DNA of 64,000 bases from Candidatus Latescibacterota bacterium (lineage in GTDB: Bacteria; Latescibacterota; UBA2968; GCA-2709665). The notes under the pieces are model-generated. The model did no database searches, was not told the origin of the DNA, and worked only from the letters and a program-made list of their open reading frames with translations. The translations under genes were made by a program, and so were the position numbers. Below are positions 17,743 to 27,622 of this stretch, one piece after another. Each line of letters begins with the position of its first letter. The stretch's first letter is position 1. The stretch lies in NCBI GenBank assembly GCA_965203805.1, contig OZ241917.1:2880001-2944000 (forward strand), written 5' to 3'.

Positions 17743-19290
17743 ATGCCCAGACGCAGACTCCCCATAGGCATCCAGACCTTCCGCGAGATCCGCGAGGAGG
17801 ACTGCTACTACGTCGACAAGACCGCCTACATCCGGCGGTTGCTCGACGAGGGAAAGCATTATTTCCTGTCGCGCCCGAGGCGCTTTGGCAAGAGCCTCTT
17901 TCTCGACACCTGCAAGGAGCTGTTCGAGGGCAACCAGGCGCTGTTCGAAGGGCTGGACGTCCACGATCACTGGGACTGGTCGGTCCGTCACCCCGTCCTG
18001 CGCCTGAGCTTCGGCAGAGGCAACTTCAAGACGCCCGGGTACGTGGAGAGGAACCTCATGGCGCAATTGGACGCCGTCGAGCGCCGGACCGACGTGTCTT
18101 CGGACTACGCCACGGGACCCGATCGGTTCGCTCACCAGTTAGAGGGGCTGCACGGCCGATTCGGTCAGCCGGTCGCGGTGCTGATCGACGAGTACGACAA
18201 GCCGATCCTGGACGCCCTGGAGGAACCGGAAATCGCGCGCGCCAACCGGGACTATCTGCGCGGCCTTTACGCGACGATCAAGGACAGCGCCGCTCACGTC
18301 AGGTTCACCTTGCTCACGGGCGTGAGCAAGTTTTCCAAGGTCAGCCTGTTCTCCGGCCTTAACAATCTCAAGGATATCACCCTGGACCGACGCTATTCCG
18401 CCATCTGCGGCTATACCGAGGCGGACCTGAATACCGTGTTCTCGCCGGAGTTGCCCGGACTCGACAGGGACGAGATCCGGGACTGGTACAACGGCTACAG
18501 CTGGCTGGGAGAGGAGAACGTGTATAACCCCTTCGACATTCTCCTGCTCTTCGACAGCCGAGAGTTCAAGGCCCACTGGTTCGAGACCGGTACGCCCTCG
18601 TTTCTGGTCGAGACCCTGTTCCAGCGCCGGGTCGGATCGTTGGCCCTGGAAAACATGGTGGGCACCGATGACCTGTTGTCGAAATTCGACGTCGACGACG
18701 TCGCCACCGAGGCGCTGTTGTTCCAGACCGGCTATCTCACGATCACCGGGGAGAGAAATCTGGGCGGCAAAACCTTGTACCGTCTGGGCTATCCGAACCG
18801 CGAGGTAAAGCAGAGCCTGAACGAGCATCTGCTGCACGCCATGGGGCCCGACTCCTCGCGGCAAGGTTCACACGACATCCGGCTCTACAACCTGCTGCTC
18901 GCCAACGACTTCGCCGGGCTCGAGACCCTCTTCCACGCCTTCTTCGCCAGCATTCCCTACGAGTGGTACGCGAACAACGATATCTCCCGCTACGAAGGCT
19001 ACTACGCCAGCGTGTTTTATTCCTGGTTCGCGGCCCTGGGACTCGACGTTACCGTCGAGGACAGCAGCAGCCACGGCCGTCTGGACATGGCGGTTTGCTT
19101 CAATGACAATGTCTACCTATTCGAGTTCAAGGTGGTCGAGATGGCGTCCGCTGGCGCGGCGATGGCGCAGCTGAAGGAGAAACGCTACGCCGACAAATAT
19201 CGAGCGTCTGGACAGCCGATCCACCTGATCGCCGTCGAGTTCAGCAGCGAGGCGCGCAACCTCGCCGCTTTCGAGGTCGAGCGGGCGTGA
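17743..19290 (+). CDS. AAA-ATPase-like protein with C-terminal PD-(D/E)XK nuclease domain
   Basis: LPIGIQTF, YYVDKT, SRPRRFGKS, IDEYDKP, YNPF, GRLDM..YLFEFK. Confidence 0.92.
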   Translation: MPRRRLPIGIQTFREIREEDCYYVDKTAYIRRLLDEGKHYFLSRPRRFGKSLFLDTCKELFEGNQALFEGLDVHDHWDWSVRHPVLRLSFGRGNFKTPGYVERNLMAQLDAVERRTDVSSDYATGPDRFAHQLEGLHGRFGQPVAVLIDEYDKPILDALEEPEIARANRDYLRGLYATIKDSAAHVRFTLLTGVSKFSKVSLFSGLNNLKDITLDRRYSAICGYTEADLNTVFSPELPGLDRDEIRDWYNGYSWLGEENVYNPFDILLLFDSREFKAHWFETGTPSFLVETLFQRRVGSLALENMVGTDDLLSKFDVDDVATEALLFQTGYLTITGERNLGGKTLYRLGYPNREVKQSLNEHLLHAMGPDSSRQGSHDIRLYNLLLANDFAGLETLFHAFFASIPYEWYANNDISRYEGYYASVFYSWFAALGLDVTVEDSSSHGRLDMAVCFNDNVYLFEFKVVEMASAGAAMAQLKEKRYADKYRASGQPIHLIAVEFSSEARNLAAFEVERA

Positions 19291-19369
19291 GCGCAGGAGG
19301 GCGCCGGCTACCTGAAACCGGCCCAAGCTGAAGCTGCCTTTGTCAGCATGGAGAGCGGCCAGCCAATAA

Positions 19370-19729
<360 letters not shown>

Positions 19730-19746
19730 CGGAGGTTAACGTCACT

Positions 19747-21552
19747 ATGAGCGCTCCCCACGCTCAGGGACTCTCCCCGTCCCGCCTGCCCGACGAGAAT
19801 ACCTCGCGGGCAGGTCGTCCGTTGCCGGACTATCTCCCGGCGCGCATGATCAACCAGTACGTCTATTGCCCGCGGCTGTTCTACTTCGAGCACGTGGAAG
19901 GCGTCTTCGTCCACAACGAATACACCGTCGAGGGCGAAACGCAACACAAACGCGTCGACAGGAAAACACAACCGGCGCCCCCGCCTGACGAAGCGGGCGA
20001 AAAACCCGTTGTCGCACGCTCGATAACGTTGTCGTCGGAAGCCCATCGAGTGATAGCAAAGCTCGATCTGGCAGAGTTCTCGGAGGGACGGGCAACGCCG
20101 GTCGACTACAAACGCGGCCGTCCAATGGACGGCGAGGACGGTCTCGAAGCATGGCCGGGCGACCGCGTTCAACTCGCCGTTCAGGCGCTCGTGTTGCGCG
20201 CCAACGCCTATCGTTGCGAAGAGGGCGTCATCTTCTACCACAGGACGCGCCAGCGGGTTCGCGTTCCGTTCGACGAGGAGACGATTGCGGAAGCCGAGCG
20301 AGCCATTGCGGACGCATGGGCCACGGCCGCGGCCGGCGAGAGGCCGCTCCCGCTCATCGACTCGCCGAAGTGTCCCGGCTGCTCCCTTGTCGGCATCTGC
20401 ATGCCCGATGAGACCTGGCAACTCAAGGCCAATGGCGAGACCGACGCTGCGCAGCAACTTGACCTGTTTCCTGGCGCGGGGAAAAATCCGAATGCTGTCC
20501 CGGAAGAAGTTCGGCGCCTGGTCGCGCCGCGGACGGACAGGAAGCCGCTGTATCTGAACTCTCAGAGACTTCGCGTGGGCAAGAGCAACGGGATTCTTCG
20601 GGTTAAAGAGCGCGACAAGGTCGTTCAGGACGTGCGCATCAACGAAATCTGTCAGGTCAGCCTGATGGGCAGCGTTCAGATGACGACGCAGGCCGTGCAG
20701 GCGCTGTGTACCGCGGAGATTCCTATCTGCTACTTCTCTCAGGGGGGATGGTTCTACGGGGTCACCTCGGGGCTGAACACGAAGAACGTCTTTCTGCGAC
20801 AGGCACAGTTCCGGCTTTCAGACCAACCCTGGTACTGCCTGCGCCTTGCCCGCCAACTCGTGGCAGGCAAGATTCGCAATCAACGAACGTTGCTGCGTCG
20901 CAATCACGTCGAACCGTCCAGGGCGGCGTTGCGTGAGTTGACGTGGATAGTCGATCAGGCGGAAACGGCCGAATCGCTTGAAGAACTATTGGGAGTAGAA
21001 GGCTGGGCGGCGCGCATCTATTTCGGACTGTTCGGGGGTATGTTGAAACGCGAGGAGGAACAGGGCGGCGAGACCGGGTTCACCTTCGATTTTCACGCCA
21101 GAAACCGCCGGCCTCCGCGAGATCCGGTCAATGCCCTTTTGTCGCTCGGCTACAGTCTCCTGACGAAGGATCTGACCGTTGCCTGCTATGCGGTGGGCTT
21201 TGACCCGATGATAGGATTCTATCATCAGCCGCGCCAGGGCCGACCGGCCCTGGCTCTGGATCTAATGGAACCATTGCGCCCGTTGATTGTGGACTCGGCC
21301 GTGCTGAGCGCGGTGAATACGATGATGGTCTCGGAAGGTGACTTTGTATTGTCGGGGGACGCGGTTTCGTTGACGCCCGCGGGTCGAAAAGGATTCTTCC
21401 GTGCGTATGAGGCCCGCATGAATACATTGGTCACGCATCCGCTTTTCGACTACCGCGTCAGTTATCGACGACTACTCGAAATCCAGGCCCGTCTCCTTGC
21501 AAAAACGCTCCAGGGGGAGTTGGGCAACTACCCGGTTTTCGTGACGCGCTGA
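19747..21552 (+). CDS. cas1: Cas4-Cas1 fusion typical of type I-G
   Basis: Cas4: YVYCPR, KLD..PVDYKRG, CPGCSL..IC; Cas1: KIRNQR, GVEG.AAR.YF, RNRRPPRDPVNALLS, ALDLMEPLRP. Confidence 0.95.
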   Translation: MSAPHAQGLSPSRLPDENTSRAGRPLPDYLPARMINQYVYCPRLFYFEHVEGVFVHNEYTVEGETQHKRVDRKTQPAPPPDEAGEKPVVARSITLSSEAHRVIAKLDLAEFSEGRATPVDYKRGRPMDGEDGLEAWPGDRVQLAVQALVLRANAYRCEEGVIFYHRTRQRVRVPFDEETIAEAERAIADAWATAAAGERPLPLIDSPKCPGCSLVGICMPDETWQLKANGETDAAQQLDLFPGAGKNPNAVPEEVRRLVAPRTDRKPLYLNSQRLRVGKSNGILRVKERDKVVQDVRINEICQVSLMGSVQMTTQAVQALCTAEIPICYFSQGGWFYGVTSGLNTKNVFLRQAQFRLSDQPWYCLRLARQLVAGKIRNQRTLLRRNHVEPSRAALRELTWIVDQAETAESLEELLGVEGWAARIYFGLFGGMLKREEEQGGETGFTFDFHARNRRPPRDPVNALLSLGYSLLTKDLTVACYAVGFDPMIGFYHQPRQGRPALALDLMEPLRPLIVDSAVLSAVNTMMVSEGDFVLSGDAVSLTPAGRKGFFRAYEARMNTLVTHPLFDYRVSYRRLLEIQARLLAKTLQGELGNYPVFVTR

Positions 21553-21560
21553 GCCTGGCC

Positions 21561-21595
21561 GCCCTGCCTGCCGAGTGCCGCTCGGCAGGCAGGGC
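21561..21595. repeat. Perfect 15-bp inverted repeat, CCTGCCTGCC-type REP-like palindrome
   Basis: GCCCTGCCTGCCGAG-TGCCG-CTCGGCAGGCAGGGC directly after the cas1 stop. Confidence 0.8.
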
Positions 21596-21599
21596 AGAC

Positions 21600-21778
21600 A
21601 AGCGAGCGGCGAGGCGATGAATATATCCCGGAGGATGCTCGCGTTGTTTAATGGCAATGTTTACAATTACTTAAACAAAGGAGGCATCTATGAAGGATCC
21701 GCACTCCGGCATCTGGAAGGTGGCTGCTCGCAACCGCGATGGCAAGTTGTTGAAAATAAGCAGTGTAGGGTAGGCGCT
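21600..21778 (+). promoter_or_regulatory. CRISPR leader with IHF-like site
   Basis: AT-rich stretch before repeat 1; CAAGTTGTTGAAA (21743-21755) reversed is TTTCAACAACTTG, one mismatch from WATCAANNNNTTR. Confidence 0.7.
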
Positions 21779-23868
21779 ATTTCCGCGATCATCTGATCGC
21801 GGCCTCATTGAAGCTACGATTGCGTCCATTGCGGCCCCCTTGTATCGGGTTATTTCCGCGATCATCTGATCGCGGCCTCATTGAAGCCTTACACTGGAGG
21901 TATCGCATGGAGCGAACACTTGCCCATTTCCGCGATCATCTGATCGCGGCCTCATTGAAGCCGTGTATTACGATCCGGACAGCGGCGAGCTGGTTCCCCA
22001 TTTCCGCGATCATCTGATCGCGGCCTCATTGAAGCTGCGCGATTTTCGGGCAAAATCGACCTGGCGACCAGATTTCCGCGATCATCTGATCGCGGCCTCA
22101 TTGAAGCTGTAAAGCCCTTAAAGCTGTGTTAATTTCTTCTTCAGCAGATTTCCGCGATCATCTGATCGCGGCCTCATTGAAGCTTTCTGAGGCGGACGCC
22201 AGGCTTGTGGCGCGGGTCCATATTTCCGCGATCATCTGATCGCGGCCTCATTGAAGCCCCGTCGAACGCCAGCCGCCAGAATCCGGCCATCATCGGATTT
22301 CCGCGATCATCTGATCGCGGCCTCATTGAAGCGCCATACCCCGCAGCGGATTTACCCCGGCGGGGATATATTTCCGCGATCATCTGATCGCGGCCTCATT
22401 GAAGCGTGCTCGCTACCGCGATGTCAATCGTTGCGCCCTGCATTTCCGCGATCATCTGATCGCGGCCTCATTGAAGCATGGCGTTGTAGGACAGGTCATA
22501 CTCGGGCGGCAAGGCCATTTCCGCGATCATCTGATCGCGGCCTCATTGAAGCAAAAGCCCCAGGGCGAGGGGAACGCCCCAGGGCTTGATTTCCGCGATC
22601 ATCTGATCGCGGCCTCATTGAAGCAAAAGCCCCAGGGCGAGGGGAACGCCCCAGGGCTTGATTTCCGCGATCATCTGATCGCGGCCTCATTGAAGCGGGA
22701 CCGATTCGAACATTCAGGGCACGATCGTTGCCCTGATTTCCGCGATCATCTGATCGCGGCCTCATTGAAGCCATTCGTCACGTGGACGTTCAGGGCGCCT
22801 TGCTGCGACATTTCCGCGATCATCTGATCGCGGCCTCATTGAAGCAGGGGTTCGGCGCAGTCGATGCTGTTGGCTTCGTGCGTATTTCCGCGATCATCTG
22901 ATCGCGGCCTCATTGAAGCTTTGCGGCGGCTAGCCAGGCGATACGGCCGAATATGTATTTCCGCGATCATCTGATCGCGGCCTCATTGAAGCCACTGAGA
23001 TGATTTCATCCATCGCTATCCTCCTGCCATTTCCGCGATCATCTGATCGCGGCCTCATTGAAGCTGATGACCTTTCGGGAATGGATGACTTTTCTGGTGA
23101 TATTTCCGCGATCATCTGATCGCGGCCTCATTGAAGCGTCTGGTGCCCGAAGTACCGCAAAAAGGTTCTGGCCGGATTTCCGCGATCATCTGATCGCGGC
23201 CTCATTGAAGCTGAATAATGGTAGAAAGAATCTATGCAGACTTCTAGGATTTCCGCGATCATCTGATCGCGGCCTCATTGAAGCGTTCCAACAAAAGCTT
23301 GTAGAGAAGAGCCTCCTAAAATTTCCGCGATCATCTGATCGCGGCCTCATTGAAGCCACCTTCCGGCCGTTTGCGTTTCGGGCAAATCGGCGCATTTCCG
23401 CGATCATCTGATCGCGGCCTCATTGAAGCTTCTCGAGGGCGTTGAGTTTGATCAGCGGCTGCACGTGATTTCCGCGATCATCTGATCGCGGCCTCATTGA
23501 AGCAAGTAACAAGACAAGGGAAGCCAACCAACACACAAAGGATTTCCGCGATCATCTGATCGCGGCCTCATTGAAGCTCACCAAACCGCGCAATGGAAAG
23601 AATAAACGTCCGTTATTTCCGCGATCATCTGATCGCGGCCTCATTGAAGCTCACCAAACCGCGCAATGGAAAGAATAAACGTCCGTTATTTCCGCGATCA
23701 TCTGATCGCGGCCTCATTGAAGCTCCTGGCGAACCGCACCGAGGACCGCGCCGTCGCGAAATTTCCGCGATCATCTGATCGCGGCCTCATTGAAGCGAAA
23801 AATTCCTCTACCTCATCTGTTCTGCCAGTAGAATTTCCGCGATCATCTGATCGCGGCCTCATTGAAGC
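21779..23868 (+). CRISPR. Type I-G CRISPR array, 29 repeats of 36 bp and 28 spacers of 36-40 bp (26 unique)
   Basis: Repeat ATTTCCGCGATCATCTGATCGCGGCCTCATTGAAGC with stem CCGCGATCA/TGATCGCGG; spacers 11=12 and 25=26. Confidence 0.99.
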
Positions 23869-23981
23869 GATTCATTTGAAACCCCTTTTGAAAGGGGATT
23901 ATAACCCAAAGTCACATTTGAGCCATTCGGCAACGAAATCCAACCGCCCAAATTTCTGCTTCTTCTATTAAATATTCCACC

Positions 23982-24010
23982 TTGACAAGATTTAAAAATC
24001 TGCATACTTT
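23982..24010 (+). promoter_or_regulatory. Sigma70-type promoter
   Basis: TTGACA-17bp-TACTTT upstream of the 24041 ORF. Confidence 0.5.
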
Positions 24011-24040
24011 TCCACTGAACAACACGTGGAGGAGTATGCT

Positions 24041-24289
24041 ATGTTACAGAAAATTCTCAGGAATGATTACTTCCAAATGCTCACCTTTCTCGTAGCCCTG
24101 GCAGGCTTAATGTGGGGCACCGTGTGGACACTCAACACCAGACTTGAAGACAGGATGAATGCCCGTTTTGATAGCATTGACATACGTTTTGACAAGATCG
24201 AAAGTCGCTTAGAGAAAATTGACACACGCTTGGACTCCTTTGGTGAACGTATTGCAAAAAACGAAGCCAGATTAGACGCCTTGAAATAA
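24041..24289 (+). CDS. Small TM plus coiled-coil protein
   Basis: GGAGGAG RBS; hydrophobic helix then heptads RFDSIDI-RFDKIES-RLEKIDT. Confidence 0.7.
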   Translation: MLQKILRNDYFQMLTFLVALAGLMWGTVWTLNTRLEDRMNARFDSIDIRFDKIESRLEKIDTRLDSFGERIAKNEARLDALK

Positions 24290-24356
24290 ACTCCTCGTTT
24301 TACCCCTACCGCCACTCAAGCCACATCAAAAATTCCCTACCGCTTTCCTTAAGGAA

Positions 24357-24572
24357 CTACATTAGTTCCTGCGACCGCAAGTGGCGCGAGGCGCGCCAAG
24401 ACGTTTTCTTCGGATCAACGACCTTCACTTCCACGTCCATAACTACCGCACGCGCCAACTCCTCCGGCGTAGCGTCTATACTCACTTCCTCATCCAGATC
24501 CGCCTTCGTCGGCTGATACCCGCTGTCCGCAACCTCTACGACCGGCTTCTTCCTTATATCCTCGGAACCCAT
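24357..24572 (-). CDS. Small protein (YQPTKADLDEEVSIDATPEELARAV), recalled as often lying beside IS1595 transposases
   Basis: AAAGGAGG RBS; family link from memory. Confidence 0.6.
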   Translation of the reverse strand: MGSEDIRKKPVVEVADSGYQPTKADLDEEVSIDATPEELARAVVMDVEVKVVDPKKTSWRASRHLRSQELM

Positions 24573-24720
24573 AACATCCTCCTTTCCCGATCCTTCGCCC
24601 GAAATGTAATCCTGAAGAAGCCGTTGTGAGGGTGGGGCCTGCCTGCTTTGCTACGCCGATGAAGTCTCCGCGCAAATGTGTTTCCCGCGTTGCTGTATTC
24701 AGGACGATGGAGAAGACGGG

Positions 24721-24746
24721 AGATTCTTCGCTGCGCTCAGAATGAC
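24721..24746. repeat. REP-like element (GTCATTCTGAGCGCAGCGAAGAATCT type, reverse orientation)
   Basis: AGATTCTTCGCTGCGCTCAGAATGAC. Confidence 0.6.
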
Positions 24747-24831
24747 CTGTCTTGCAATAACCAGATGAGAAGTGTCTCGGTCATGCGTTTGCCAGTAATG
24801 TCATACTGACGAGGCCGCTGCCAGGGTGGGA

Positions 24832-24872
24832 CCTGCCTGCCTGCCAAAGCGTGACTGGCAGGCGCAGGCAGG
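24832..24872. repeat. CCTGCCTGCC-type palindrome
   Basis: CCTGCCTGCCTGCCA...TGGCAGGCGCAGGCAGG; same family as 21561-21595. Confidence 0.65.
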
Positions 24873-25122
24873 CGGACATTCCTGTCTCCCCGCTCCGCTA
24901 CGCAGAATCAGCACCTTGGACTTGCATTTGTCAAACAACGATACTTCCGTATCTTGGTCGGAACATGGTAACCGATATGTCTTCAGGCATGGTGACGTAC
25001 AGCCTGTGGGTAATCGGTTCACCACAATCGCCCGGAAGACTGTGCGTCTTTTCGGCGACTGCGCCTTTATCCTGCTCATCCTGTCCATCCATGTAAGCTC
25101 AAGCCTATGAGACATTCAGACC

Positions 25123-26532
25123 ATGACGCCTGAAGCTATTCTGAACAAGGTCTGCGATTCGATCGACGTGCTGGTTGAGGCGGGAAAGCCCTACGGAGGT
25201 CTGTTCCCGTCCATGCTGGATCTGGAAACGCACCGGATGTTGACGGAAATGCCGCCACCCATTCATGGACAGCGCATGGGCGACCGCGCGTTCCTCGGCA
25301 GCAATCTCATGCACGACCAGCACGTGCTCAAGATCATGTACGCCCTGGACCGCGACGGTTACCGGGATGCGGCTGACAGGTACCTGCACCGGTTCGCGAC
25401 CCATTGCACGGACACGGTTACCGGCCTGTTCCCGTGGGGCGAGCACGCGTACTGGCACCTCGTCGAGGACCGTGTGGGCGACAGCCACCGCCTGGCGCTT
25501 CCGGATAAGGAGCCCGGGACCACGCTGCACGACCATCTGCGGCAGGCGCCGGTCTGGCTGTGGGAAAAGCTGTACGGATTCAATCCAGGGTGCGTCGAGC
25601 GGTTTGCCGAAGGGCTGGATTACCACTACAAGGACGGGGAGCCGAGGGAATATATCCGTCACGCCCACATCGAGCGCAAAGAGCGCCTCGAACGGGGACC
25701 GGCGTCTTCGGACTTTCCGCGTCACGGCGGGTTCTACATTCTGGATTGGTCGTTTGCCTTCGCGAAGTCGTCGCGCGCGGATTTTCTGAGGCAGATCGAG
25801 ATCATGCTGGACTACTGGTGGCCTCGCCGGGACGCGGCCGGTCTGCTGCTGTCCACGTCGAGGGGACCTCAAGCCCCGGCGCCGATGCACGACGCGAACA
25901 CCCCGCCGCAGACGGTTTCGCTTGCGGCCAGCCTCCTGGAGGCCGCCGAACTGCTCGACGGAAGAGTGCCCGATCTGACCGATAGGATGCGGAAGCGCGC
26001 CGGCGTGTATATCGAAGGGTTCCTGTCCGCCCCCCACGATCCCGATGCGGGCGTCTTCGTGGCGGCATGCCGGCGTGAGACGAATGAGGTCGTGAGCACG
26101 AACCCCGTCTGGGGAAGCGTATACGGGAATTGGCCGTTTGCTTACGTGGCGCTGATCGCCCTGTGCATCTACCGGCTGACGGAGGACGAACGGCTGCTGA
26201 AGTGGGCGGAGATTGCCGGACGCTGGTACCTGAAGACCCCTTTCCCCGAAGGCGTACCGATCCCGTCGATGGATTCGGGGCAGGCTGTCGAGTTACTGGC
26301 CGACCTCTACGATCTGACCGGTGACGCACATTGGCTGGAACGGGGACTGGAACTTGCCCGGACGGTGATTCCCATCTATATGGACCGGGACCTCGTACGG
26401 GGCGCGGCGGGTATCGATTGGTACGAGTCCCAGATGGTTCCGGGAGACCTGCTGCACGGGCTGGCGAGGCTGGCATTGCTCGCCATGCACGGGGATGCGT
26501 GTCCCCTGACAACGAACTATACCGCGAAGTGA
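25123..26532 (+). CDS. Hypothetical protein, probable (alpha/alpha)-barrel enzyme
   Basis: 469-aa ORF with host-like codons; TGLFPWGEH, FPRHGG, LYRLT.DER.L motifs. Confidence 0.7.
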   Translation: MTPEAILNKVCDSIDVLVEAGKPYGGLFPSMLDLETHRMLTEMPPPIHGQRMGDRAFLGSNLMHDQHVLKIMYALDRDGYRDAADRYLHRFATHCTDTVTGLFPWGEHAYWHLVEDRVGDSHRLALPDKEPGTTLHDHLRQAPVWLWEKLYGFNPGCVERFAEGLDYHYKDGEPREYIRHAHIERKERLERGPASSDFPRHGGFYILDWSFAFAKSSRADFLRQIEIMLDYWWPRRDAAGLLLSTSRGPQAPAPMHDANTPPQTVSLAASLLEAAELLDGRVPDLTDRMRKRAGVYIEGFLSAPHDPDAGVFVAACRRETNEVVSTNPVWGSVYGNWPFAYVALIALCIYRLTEDERLLKWAEIAGRWYLKTPFPEGVPIPSMDSGQAVELLADLYDLTGDAHWLERGLELARTVIPIYMDRDLVRGAAGIDWYESQMVPGDLLHGLARLALLAMHGDACPLTTNYTAK

Positions 26533-26539
26533 GAATGAC

Positions 26540-27589
26540 GTGGGCGCGAGAACGTTCAAACTGTGGGCGGGAGGCGACGCGCACGTGGGCACGGATCTGG
26601 CGGCGGGGAACCGGCGCAGCCTGGCCGAGGCCATTCTTCAGGCCGAAAACGGCGGCGGCGGCGGCGGACCGCCTTTCGAGTGGGACATTATGCTCGATAT
26701 CGGGGACCTGTCCGGTTCGCAGACGCCGCCGGACGACGAGGAAGGCGAAGAGGTCGTCCGGCAGTACAACGTGTCGACCCACCACCCACGGGAGGATTTC
26801 TACAATATCGTGGGCAACCACGACGCGAGCGGGCCGGGCGAGCCCTGCCAGTGGTGGTTCCGGAAGTGGGTGGATCCAACGGGGGAAAATCCCGAATCTT
26901 CCAACGTCCGCGCCGGCAGGCGGCCGTTTCCGATCGAGGGGACCTGGGAGCGGTATTCGTTTCAGGTCGGGAATATCCTCTTCCTGGCGATGGGAGACCG
27001 GAACGACGGCGGGCCCCCGGCGGGCCGTGCCGCCAGAGGCGGGTTTCCGGCCGGCGCGGTGACGCGGGAGACGTTCGAGTGGTGGAAGGAGAAGGTAGAG
27101 GCGAACCGGGACAAGATCATCGTGACCGCGCACCACCACATGCTGCGGGACACGACGGTGGCGTCCGGACCCTGGGAGGGCGTAGACGGAGGATATCACG
27201 GCCGGTTCGAAGCGGGCGCGCCCGTCGGCGCATCGTACCTCTATTTCGTCGGCGGGAAGCCCGACGCGGGGGCATTCGAATCGTACCTCGATGCCCATCC
27301 GGGCGCCATCGACCTCTGGCTGGGCGGGCATACCCACACGAATCCGGACGACACCCACGGCGGGCGGTCCCACGTGGAGCGGAAATGGGGGGTGACCTTC
27401 GTTAATGTGGCGGCGATCTCGCGATATCACGGCAAGAAGAATATATCGATGAGCCGGCTCTTCACGTTCTCGGACGGGGCTTCGGAGGTCAACATCAGGT
27501 GCTACCTCCATATGAGCGATTACGCACCCCAGGGATGGTACGACAGGGCCGAGAGGACGGCGCCGCTTCGGAAGGCATTCTCATATTGA
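26540..27589 (+). CDS. Calcineurin-like metallophosphoesterase
   Basis: DAHVG, DIGD, GNHD, HH, GGHTH. Confidence 0.85.
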   Translation: MGARTFKLWAGGDAHVGTDLAAGNRRSLAEAILQAENGGGGGGPPFEWDIMLDIGDLSGSQTPPDDEEGEEVVRQYNVSTHHPREDFYNIVGNHDASGPGEPCQWWFRKWVDPTGENPESSNVRAGRRPFPIEGTWERYSFQVGNILFLAMGDRNDGGPPAGRAARGGFPAGAVTRETFEWWKEKVEANRDKIIVTAHHHMLRDTTVASGPWEGVDGGYHGRFEAGAPVGASYLYFVGGKPDAGAFESYLDAHPGAIDLWLGGHTHTNPDDTHGGRSHVERKWGVTFVNVAAISRYHGKKNISMSRLFTFSDGASEVNIRCYLHMSDYAPQGWYDRAERTAPLRKAFSY

Positions 27590-27622
27590 CCGGCTGGATG
27601 GTGACGGCGGAGGGAGCGGGAG

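Noticed and set aside
21962-21999. Spacer 3 partial similarity to about 56494-56510 and 63932-63942
   Set aside because: Short partial matches expected by chance; no full self-target was seen in the window by eye
21671-23971. Many short ORFs across the array (FPRSSDRGLIEA, ASMRPRSDDRGN peptides)
   Set aside because: They are translations of CRISPR repeats
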